Source: Akkermansia muciniphila ATCC BAA-835 (lineage in GTDB: Bacteria; Verrucomicrobiota; Verrucomicrobiia; Verrucomicrobiales; Akkermansiaceae). Taken from it: DNA of 32,000 bases. Location: contig NC_010655.1 of assembly GCF_000020225.1 (NCBI RefSeq), positions 1,770,001 through 1,802,000 on the forward strand, read 5' to 3'. Shown here one piece after another: positions 25,197 to 32,000 of the stretch. Below the pieces are notes generated by a model. The model saw nothing but the letters and a program-made list of their open reading frames with translations, ran no database searches and was not told the DNA's origin. Position 1 is the first letter of the stretch. Every line of letters begins with the position of its first letter. A program made the position numbers and the translations under genes.

Positions 25197-26312
25197 TTAT
25201 TCGCCGGAAATAAAGCGAATGTAGGCCTGCCACCACTGGCTGCCGCCCAGCAGCCAGATCAGAGCGGCGCTGAGAAGAGCGGGGCCAAAGGGGAGGTTTC
25301 TGCCGAACCCCATGCGTGAGGCGGCAGCCTGTACAATCCCCAGCAGGGAGCCGAGGAAAAGGCTGAACAGGGCGCCCTGCCAGCCGCACGCGCATCCGGC
25401 CATCATCAGAATCCAGGCGTCGCCTGATCCCATGGCTTCCCTGCTGGCATGGATATCCGTCAGATTTCCCTCCACGCTTTCCAGTCTTTCCAGAAGAAAA
25501 ACGTCCCCGTTTTCCATCTCTATCCTGTCGTACCGCAGCGTGACGGAGCAGGCAGGGTGCGTTTTGCCGTCAATGGTGACGGAACCTCCGGAAAGGACGG
25601 CCTTGTCCGTAGACCGGTGGAAAAGCATGGACCAGTCGTGAGGCTGGCCGTTGACGATGAGCTGAAGTTCCTCCCGCTCGGATTCCGGTTCCCTCAAACT
25701 CCACGGGGCGGGAACGTCAAAATGCTGTTTCCAGGTGCCGAACAGAAGCTTCCCCAATTCAATCACCAGCCTGATGACCGCATACCCTGCCGCTCCTCCC
25801 AGCACGGATGCCGTGAAGGCGTCCGTCCAGGTCATGACATGGCTGTCCGGCAGGAGGAAAGGGTAAAGGGCGCAGGCCCCCGTTCCGGCCAAGGCGCCGA
25901 TAAATGCCTGAGAGCGGAAGACAATCAGATGTTCCGCGTCAATGAACATGATGACAATGGCCATGGCAGTCCACAGGCAGAGCAGGACGGCTGCTCCTGT
26001 GGAAGCGTCCGCGTATTTCCAGCCAATGGCCACGAAGAGCAGGGCCGTGAGCAGCTCCACAAAGCAATATCGGAAGCTGATGCGCGTTCCGCAGCAGGCG
26101 GATTTACCCCGGAGAGCCAGCCAGCTCAGAACCGGAATATTCAGGAACCAGGGAATGGGTTTTCCGCATTCCGGGCAGAAGGAACGCGCCGGATCGTTGA
26201 CGGAGACGCCCCGCGGCATGCGGTAGATAACCACGTTCAGGAAGGAGCCTATGCAGGCCCCCATCAGGCCGAAAACCACGGGAATCACCCATGCGGGAAA
26301 GGCGTCAGGCAT
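25197..26312 (-). CDS. pilD: Type IV prepilin peptidase (A24 family) with a roughly 100-aa soluble insertion
   Basis: The N-terminal motif is GSFLNVVIYRMP...FCPECGKPIPWFLNIPVLSWLALRGKSACCGTRISFRY. The first catalytic Asp lies in MFIDAEH and the second in AMGSGDAWILMMAG. The track start at 26360 is TTG. The ATG at 26312 (MPDAFPAW) overlaps the upstream gene stop by 8 nt. Confidence 0.85.
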   Translation of the reverse strand: MPDAFPAWVIPVVFGLMGACIGSFLNVVIYRMPRGVSVNDPARSFCPECGKPIPWFLNIPVLSWLALRGKSACCGTRISFRYCFVELLTALLFVAIGWKYADASTGAAVLLCLWTAMAIVIMFIDAEHLIVFRSQAFIGALAGTGACALYPFLLPDSHVMTWTDAFTASVLGGAAGYAVIRLVIELGKLLFGTWKQHFDVPAPWSLREPESEREELQLIVNGQPHDWSMLFHRSTDKAVLSGGSVTIDGKTHPACSVTLRYDRIEMENGDVFLLERLESVEGNLTDIHASREAMGSGDAWILMMAGCACGWQGALFSLFLGSLLGIVQAAASRMGFGRNLPFGPALLSAALIWLLGGSQWWQAYIRFISGE

Positions 26313-27474
26313 GGGTGGGCGGGGAATAGGTTCGGCTGGGCGTCTGGTTGATGCGGTCAATCAGCAACCTCAGCCTGCCGTAGTTGCCGCGTTTGATGGG
26401 GAAGACGAGCCGGGGCAGGCGGTCCAGGTGTGGTTCGTCCGCTTCATCCGGCAGGGGGCCGCTCTGGATCATTTTCCCCCCAGGCAGAATCAGGTCTGAA
26501 AAGTCCCGTTCCAGATGTTCCACCCACTGGGCGGGAAGCTGCGCATTCAGCCGGATGACGATGGAATCTCCGACAAAACGGTAGGAGTGGAAAATCCGGT
26601 AAAAACGGTCGATGTGTTCCATGGCTTCCGCCGGATTTTTAGTGACATGGATGAGATGAAGATCGTCTGCGGAAATCAGTCCGGAATCCACCAGTTCCAC
26701 GCGAATGAAGGCCAGCCAGTTCAGCCAGAAGGTTTTGCCGGGGGAATCCAGAAGGACGATCGGGTAAATGGTCGCTTTTCCCGTCTGGATCAGAGTGAGT
26801 GTTTCAAACACTTCATCCATGGTTCCGAAGCCTCCGGGGAATGCCACCATGGCGTCGCTTTCCGCCACGAAGTTCAGTTTTCTGACGAAAAAGTAATAAA
26901 AATTGATGAGTTTGTCGCTGTGGGCCACCACATGGTTGGAGGTCTGTTCATACGGCAGGGTGATGTTCAGGCCGAAGGAGCGTTGCTCTCCCGCCCCTTC
27001 ATTGGCTGCCTGCATGATGCCCGGTCCGCCTCCGGTAATGACCATGTAGCCGTGTTCGCTGGCTTCCCTGGCGAATTCCCTCGCCGTTTCATACGCCGGT
27101 TCGTCATTCCTGATGCGGGCGGAGCCGAAGACGGAAATCTTGCGGATGTGGCGGTACGGGGCGAAAACGCAGTTGGCGCGGTACATCTCCCGCCCGGAGC
27201 GGATCAGGACGGTAAAATCATGGTCCGAGGCGGCGGACTGGGCCATGTTGATTCCCGTTTTGATATACTCTTGGAGGTAGCGGGGATCGTGCCTGGTGGA
27301 GGCTATTTCGGAAAGCTTTTTAACGGCGCCTTCCAGAGTCTGGTAGCTGGAATCCATGGACATGGTGGAGGGGCGTTTCTTGTCTTCACCTGTAAAATCC
27401 CTGTTGTCCAAAAAATCAGGATGCTTCATGAGTTGGTATGATAGGTTTGCCCTACTATGCCAGATGACGTACAT
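26305..27474 (-). CDS. LOG-family (TIGR00730-type) nucleotide 5'-monophosphate nucleosidase-like protein with N- and C-terminal extensions
   Basis: The LOG motifs ISVFGSARI, VITGGGPGIMQAANEGA and PGGFGTMDEVFE (PGGxGTxxE) are present. At 389 aa it is longer than a minimal LOG protein. An alternative ATG lies at 27429. Confidence 0.8.
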   Translation of the reverse strand: MYVIWHSRANLSYQLMKHPDFLDNRDFTGEDKKRPSTMSMDSSYQTLEGAVKKLSEIASTRHDPRYLQEYIKTGINMAQSAASDHDFTVLIRSGREMYRANCVFAPYRHIRKISVFGSARIRNDEPAYETAREFAREASEHGYMVITGGGPGIMQAANEGAGEQRSFGLNITLPYEQTSNHVVAHSDKLINFYYFFVRKLNFVAESDAMVAFPGGFGTMDEVFETLTLIQTGKATIYPIVLLDSPGKTFWLNWLAFIRVELVDSGLISADDLHLIHVTKNPAEAMEHIDRFYRIFHSYRFVGDSIVIRLNAQLPAQWVEHLERDFSDLILPGGKMIQSGPLPDEADEPHLDRLPRLVFPIKRGNYGRLRLLIDRINQTPSRTYSPPTHA

Positions 27475-27638
27475 TAAGTCACAGAAAATTTACCGGCGGG
27501 CATGAAAAGAGTTGATTGTTGAAAACAGATCGTTACATTGCTCCCCGCACGGGCGTTCCCACAACATGCCGTTGGTCCTTCAGGCGCATTGGCCGCCATG
27601 TCCGTGTTGAGGGGAAACCCGGTACATTACATACGATT

Positions 27639-28763
27639 ATGTCGGAAAACGAAACCACTACTGCAGAAGAAACCGCCGTTACCACGCTGGCCCGTTTTGA
27701 GGTTCCCAGCCGTCTGGAAAAAATTGAAGATCCGAATGATGCGAATCATTTGACCTTTGTGGCGGAACCGTTTGAAAACGGTTACGGCCATACGCTTGGC
27801 AACTCCCTGCGCCGCGTTCTTCTGGGTTCTCTTGAAGGCGCCGCCATTACCTCCGTCCGCATCGCCGGTGCGCAGCATGAATTTTCCTCCCTGCCCGGTG
27901 TGGTGGAAGATGTGACGGAAATCGTGCTGAACCTGAAAAAGGTCAAATTCAAGCATAACGGCAAGGAACCGCGCCTGCTCTCTCTGCGCGTGCATAAGCA
28001 GGGCGTTGTGACTGCTGCCGATATTGCCGACGACACCGTTTACCAGGTGGTCAATCCCGATCAAATCATTTGCACTCTGGATCAGGACACCATGTTCGAA
28101 TGCGAATTCCAGGTTCGCGTGGGCCGCGGTTTTGCCACCGGCGATGAAAACAAGGTGCCGGATATGCCCATCGGCGTGATTCCGATCGACTCCATTTTCT
28201 CTCCGGTTACCCGCGTGAAGTATTCTGTGCAGAATACCCGTGTGGGGCAGATGACTGACTACGACAAGCTGATCCTTGAAGTCTGGACGGACGGCCGCAT
28301 CGCCCCCGCAGACGCCATGCTCCAGGCTTCCGCCATTCTGCGCCATCACCTGGACGTATTCGTCAACTATGACGACAAGCAGGTCAACTTTGAGGAAGCT
28401 CCTTCCGCCGTCCAGGACGAGGAAACGGCCCGCCTGCGCAAGTTGCTCAACATGAGCGTCAACGAAATCGAGCTTTCCGTGCGTGCCGCCAACTGCCTCA
28501 ACAATGCCAATATCACGACCGTTGGCCAGCTTGCCATGAAGAGCGAAAGCGAAATGCTCAAGTACCGCAATTTCGGCAAAAAATCCCTCAACGAAATCAA
28601 GGACAAATTGCTGGAACTGGGTCTTTCCCTGGGCGTTCAGGTGGATCCATCCCTGCTTACCGGTCCCGTGCCGCAGGCCAAGCCGCGCCTGGGTCTGGAA
28701 GAGGAAAGCCCCGTGGGCCTGGCAGACCTGATTGCCGCCAACATCGAAGACGACGACGACTAA
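27639..28763 (+). CDS. rpoA: DNA-directed RNA polymerase subunit alpha
   Basis: The N-terminal domain motifs are EPFENGYGHTLGNSLRRVLL and GVIPIDSIFSPV. The C-terminal domain motifs are ELSVRAANCLNNANITTVGQL and NFGKKSLNEIKDKL. The ATG at 27639 removes an improbable 41-aa leader. Confidence 0.95.
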   Translation: MSENETTTAEETAVTTLARFEVPSRLEKIEDPNDANHLTFVAEPFENGYGHTLGNSLRRVLLGSLEGAAITSVRIAGAQHEFSSLPGVVEDVTEIVLNLKKVKFKHNGKEPRLLSLRVHKQGVVTAADIADDTVYQVVNPDQIICTLDQDTMFECEFQVRVGRGFATGDENKVPDMPIGVIPIDSIFSPVTRVKYSVQNTRVGQMTDYDKLILEVWTDGRIAPADAMLQASAILRHHLDVFVNYDDKQVNFEEAPSAVQDEETARLRKLLNMSVNEIELSVRAANCLNNANITTVGQLAMKSESEMLKYRNFGKKSLNEIKDKLLELGLSLGVQVDPSLLTGPVPQAKPRLGLEEESPVGLADLIAANIEDDDD

Positions 28764-28799
28764 ATCTCACAAAACCAACACACATAGAAAAATATCATC

Positions 28800-29210
28800 A
28801 TGAGACACGGTGTAAAAACCTCCAAGCTTCAGCGCAATGCTTCTCACCGCAGGGCTCTGCTCGCCAACCAGGCATGCAGCCTCATCCTCAATGGACGCAT
28901 CACCACCACCCTGGCCAAGGCCAAGGCCCTGCGCCCCTATGTGGAAAAGCTGATTACGCTTGCCAAGCGCGGTGACGTGCATTCCCGCCGCCTGGCTACC
29001 GCTACCATTCATAATACGACCGCCGTTAAGCGGCTGTTTGATGAAATCGCTCCTCTTTGCGCGGAACGCAAGGGCGGCTATACCCGCATCGTCAAGCTGG
29101 GCCAGCGTCTGACTGATTCCGCCCTTGTGGCCATGATCGAAATTATCGATCTGCCCCGTGAGGCTGCCGAAAAGGAAGAAGCTCCCGCCACCACGGAAGC
29201 CACCGCCTAA
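28800..29210 (+). CDS. rplQ: 50S ribosomal protein L17
   Basis: The N-terminus MRHGVKTSKLQRNASHRRALLANQ and the block GGYTRIVKLGQRLTDSALVAMIE are present. The gene lies immediately downstream of rpoA. Confidence 0.95.
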   Translation: MRHGVKTSKLQRNASHRRALLANQACSLILNGRITTTLAKAKALRPYVEKLITLAKRGDVHSRRLATATIHNTTAVKRLFDEIAPLCAERKGGYTRIVKLGQRLTDSALVAMIEIIDLPREAAEKEEAPATTEATA

Positions 29211-29240
29211 GACGCACCTCTGGAACATCCTGTTAATACC

Positions 29241-29280
29241 CCGCTCCGGCCTTTTGTGAGGCCGGAGCGGATTTTTTATT
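29241..29280 (+). terminator. Rho-independent terminator of rpoA-rplQ
   Basis: A perfect 11-bp stem ccgctccggcc / ggccggagcgg is followed by aTTTTTTaTT. Confidence 0.85.
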
Positions 29281-29354
29281 GGCAATAAGGAAGTTATGGC
29301 GATAATATCGCTCTTGCTTCTTTCCTGCCGGAACGTTATAATCCAGCTTTAACT

Positions 29355-30281
29355 ATGGACGCAGTATTATTGTTTTCCGGACAAGGTGCCCAAAAAGTAG
29401 GCATGGGCAAAGATTTGTATGACCAGTATCCCGTCGCCAAAGCCCTGATTGAACAGGCGGACAAGGCGCTTGGAGAATCCCTTTCTGCCGTCATGTTTGA
29501 AGGCCCCGGCGAAGAACTGACGCGTACCTGCAACTGTCAGCCCGCCCTCTACGTACATGGCCTTGCCTGCCTGGCCGTCTTGAAGGAGCTCGTTCCCTCC
29601 CTGAATCCTGTGGCTGCCGCCGGCCTTTCCCTGGGGGAATTCACGGCTCATGCCGCTGCCGGGACCTATTCTTTTGAAGAAGGCCTCCGCCTTGTCCAGA
29701 AGCGCGGCGCGTTTATGGAGGAAGCATGCAACGCCACGAAAGGCACTATGGCCGCCATGATCGGCGGCACGGATGAAAACGTCATTAAGCTGGCGCAGGA
29801 ATGTGACGTGGATGTTGCCAATTTCAATTGCCCCGGCCAGACAGTCGTTTCCGGTACGGAGGAAGGTGTGGCCAAGGCTGTAGCAGGGGCGAAGGCCGCC
29901 GGCTGCAAGATTGCCAAGAAGCTCAATGTGGCGGGCGCCTACCATTCCCGTCTGATGTACAGCGCTATGGTAAAGCTGGCGGAAGAACTCAAGAATATTT
30001 CCTTCGGTACGCCGTCCATGCCTGTTTATTGCAATTATGAAGCCCGGGTAGTGGAAGGTCCGGACGACATCCGCAGCATGCTGGAACACCAGGTATGCGG
30101 ATCCGTGCGCTGGACGGCTTCCATGCAGAAGCTGGTGGATCAGGGCCACCGCCTTTTCATTGAACTGGGGCCGGGCAAGACACTGGCCGGCATGATGGCT
30201 CGCATCTGCAAGGAAGCTACGGTCATCTCCATTGAAGACGTGCCCAGCCTGGAAGCCGCCGTTGCGGAGCTGAACAAATAA
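29355..30281 (+). CDS. fabD: Malonyl-CoA:ACP transacylase
   Basis: The motifs LFSGQGAQKVGMG, the active-site GLSLGEFTA, QPALY and AYHSRLM are present. The size is 308 aa. Confidence 0.95.
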   Translation: MDAVLLFSGQGAQKVGMGKDLYDQYPVAKALIEQADKALGESLSAVMFEGPGEELTRTCNCQPALYVHGLACLAVLKELVPSLNPVAAAGLSLGEFTAHAAAGTYSFEEGLRLVQKRGAFMEEACNATKGTMAAMIGGTDENVIKLAQECDVDVANFNCPGQTVVSGTEEGVAKAVAGAKAAGCKIAKKLNVAGAYHSRLMYSAMVKLAEELKNISFGTPSMPVYCNYEARVVEGPDDIRSMLEHQVCGSVRWTASMQKLVDQGHRLFIELGPGKTLAGMMARICKEATVISIEDVPSLEAAVAELNK

Positions 30282-30305
30282 TTTCCCTGAATAAAAGGGG
30301 GTAAG

Positions 30306-30338
30306 CCGCCGGCCCGTTGGGGAGCCGGCGGTTTTTTG
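30306..30338 (+). terminator. Rho-independent terminator of fabD
   Basis: The stem ccgccggc / gccggcgg is followed by TTTTTT. Confidence 0.8.
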
Positions 30339-30745
30339 TTGGCGTGTTCATGGCGGGGTTCTGTCAAATAGGCAATATCCCATGGAACAGGGGAAATGCC
30401 TGCCTCCGTGCCAGCGGCCCTGCTCCTGCGCGGGCATTTTCCTCATGCCGCCGGTGGGAAGATGCATGAACATCAGCATCGTTCCCATGAAAAAAGCGAT
30501 GGCGGGCACGAACAGCGGTTTCCATATAAGGAAAAGTGCGGGCATGATGGAATGCGCCGCTCCTCAGGTCAGAAGAATCAGGGCAATGAGGTAAAACAGG
30601 AGGCCGCTTTTAGGAGGCCGGCAGGAGAGCATGAAAGCCGAGGCTCTGAGCCGCGCCAGGCGTTCCTGGCGGCGCAGCCCCCTGCATCAGGCATGAAAGG
30701 AATTCCGTCAGGAAACAGGCGTTATGGAATAGAAATTCCTGATTT

Positions 30746-31441
30746 CTAAAGAAGTTCCGTCAGAGAGCGGATGATACTGGTCGCCAGGGAAAAATCCGCC
30801 TGCTCCGTTACCCTGTTTGGAACCGAGATGACTGGCATTCCTGCGCGGTGTGCGGCTGTAGTGCCGTTCTGGGAGTCTTCCAGCACCAGGCATCCAGACG
30901 GAGATTTACCCAGGTTTTCCGCGGCTTTCAGGAACAGGGCCGGATCCGGTTTGACGGGGAGGCCGTCGTCGCGGCAGACGACGGTTTGAAAATAGGGCAT
31001 GATGCCCAATCTGTTCAGCCAGCCGTCCACCCAGCGGTGGGAAGAACTGGAGGCCACTCCCATAGGGGTTCCGGCTTCCCCCAGGTTCCGGATGAGTTCT
31101 CCGGCGCCGGGCAGGAGGCCGGCATGTTCCAGATCCCGGACGATTTCCTCCTGGCGGCGGCTGTTGACGGTTTCCCAGTCGAAAGTGCGCCCCGTCAATT
31201 TCTCCAGATGTTCTCCGGGATTCCAGTGGGTGTAACCGCTGCCCAGGCATTGGTTGAACAAATCCAGGGGAAGAGGGTGGCCGCAGGACGCGAAAACCCG
31301 TTCCCAGGAGGAATAAATGGCATATTCCGTATCCACCAGCAATCCGTCAAAATCAAAAATGACGGCGTGTGCCCGCCGGAGCAGTTCACGCGCTTTCAGA
31401 ACGGCTTCCCGGGAATCGGCAAAGTGATCAGGAATGGTCAT
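30746..31441 (-). CDS. HAD-superfamily hydrolase (subfamily IA, beta-phosphoglucomutase-like)
   Basis: Motif I is VIFDFDGLLVDTE. The later motifs GVASSS, K...PDP and LVLEDSQNGTTAAHRAGM are present. Confidence 0.85.
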   Translation of the reverse strand: MTIPDHFADSREAVLKARELLRRAHAVIFDFDGLLVDTEYAIYSSWERVFASCGHPLPLDLFNQCLGSGYTHWNPGEHLEKLTGRTFDWETVNSRRQEEIVRDLEHAGLLPGAGELIRNLGEAGTPMGVASSSSHRWVDGWLNRLGIMPYFQTVVCRDDGLPVKPDPALFLKAAENLGKSPSGCLVLEDSQNGTTAAHRAGMPVISVPNRVTEQADFSLATSIIRSLTELL

Positions 31442-32000
31442 GGACGGGAGTCTTTTTCAAGCCTCTCAATAATTCCGAGAAGCTTCTGTGAGCCAGCTTG
31501 GTTTGAAAAAGGCGGATGGCGATGATGGTGTAGATAATGTTGGGCATCCATGCTCCCAGCCAGGTGGGGAGGTAGCCTGCGGAGGCCAGGGTGGGGAAAA
31601 ACTCATACAGGAACAGCATGGCTGCCGCTAGGAACAACGCAATGCCGATGCCGGACATGGCGGAGCGCCTCTGGAACGTGATGGCGGAGGGGATGGCAAT
31701 AAATGTCAGGATAATGCAGGAAAATATGCGGGCGATCCTGACGTGCCATTCCGTCTGCAGGCTTCTGAGGTACCTGGCATTTGTCGTGCCGGACTTGATG
31801 AGTTCCTGGAGAGCCGGGGTTCCCTGTGTATCCACGCGGACGTTGGGTGAAATCAGTTGCCAGGGTGTTTCGGGATAATGCTCTTTCAGCGTTTGGTATT
31901 CCTGTCCGGCAAAAACGGGAACATCATGGAGCTGGCGGGGTTCCTCCTGGGAATAATTTCTTTTGATGGCCTGCCGGAAGGTCCATGTCCTGGAGGCCGG
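31428..32000 (-). CDS. LptF/LptG (YjgP/YjgQ) family permease, C-terminal part; 5' end lies outside the window
   Basis: I read the frame by hand from 31835 to 32000 and found no stop, so the gene runs off the window. The track start at 31835 is an internal GTG. The C-terminal TM block is IILTFIAIPSAITFQRRSAMSGIGIALFL...GYLPTWLGAWMPNIIYTIIAIRLF. Confidence 0.7.
   Translation of the reverse strand, partial: PASRTWTFRQAIKRNYSQEEPRQLHDVPVFAGQEYQTLKEHYPETPWQLISPNVRVDTQGTPALQELIKSGTTNARYLRSLQTEWHVRIARIFSCIILTFIAIPSAITFQRRSAMSGIGIALFLAAAMLFLYEFFPTLASAGYLPTWLGAWMPNIIYTIIAIRLFQTKLAHRSFSELLRGLKKTPVHDHS

Noticed and set aside
24913-25395. A 160-aa minus-strand ORF spanning the EF-hand/pilD intergenic region and the pilD 3' end
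   Set aside because: It overlaps pilD out of frame, is Arg/Pro-rich, and has no support as a gene. The region is better explained as the promoter and leader of the EF-hand gene.
30396-30749. A 117-aa plus-strand His/Arg/Gly-rich ORF in the fabD/HAD gap
   Set aside because: It lies downstream of the strong fabD terminator, has a composition atypical of real proteins, and overlaps the HAD gene stop.
1-32000. A search for CRISPR arrays, tRNA/rRNA genes, IS elements and long dispersed repeats
   Set aside because: No regularly spaced direct repeats, tRNA T-loop or acceptor signatures, or transposase-like ORFs were seen. The only repeats found are intragenic (3257-3283 and 24236-24680). A by-eye scan could miss short or degenerate elements.

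Overview
This is a gene-dense chromosomal window, GC-rich by eye, with about 30 protein-coding genes on both strands. I found no rRNA, tRNA, CRISPR array, transposase or integrase. The protein repertoire suggests a Verrucomicrobiota (Akkermansia-like) genome: a fused SecDF, lipoproteins with proline-rich linkers, and many genes without Shine-Dalgarno sequences. That taxonomic call is inference only.

Most genes are housekeeping: pfkA, zupT, an avtA-like aminotransferase, yicC-gmk, an SLC13 permease with two RCK_C domains, gluQ, aroD-menA, pgeF, a NodB-type deacetylase, secDF, a prepilin peptidase, a LOG-family protein, rpoA-rplQ, fabD, a HAD hydrolase and a partial lptF/G-family permease.

The most unusual element is a monocistronic gene at 17041-17961 (-). 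Its product looks by eye like a T7-type HK97-fold major capsid protein. No other phage gene occurs anywhere in the 32 kb, and terminator-like hairpins flank the gene on both sides. It could be a domesticated capsid or an encapsulin-like shell.

Other points worth a second look:
- a PBP5-like DD-carboxypeptidase whose SxxK lysine is replaced by Gln
- a prepilin peptidase with a roughly 100-aa soluble insertion between its two catalytic Asp residues
- a secreted protein with five EF-hands built from 147-bp tandem repeats
- an uncharacterised three-gene envelope cluster
- two unexplained non-coding gaps

All homology calls come from reading the translations by eye and from remembered family motifs. 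No searches were run. The ORF track counts GTG and TTG as starts, so several starts were moved to internal ATG codons.
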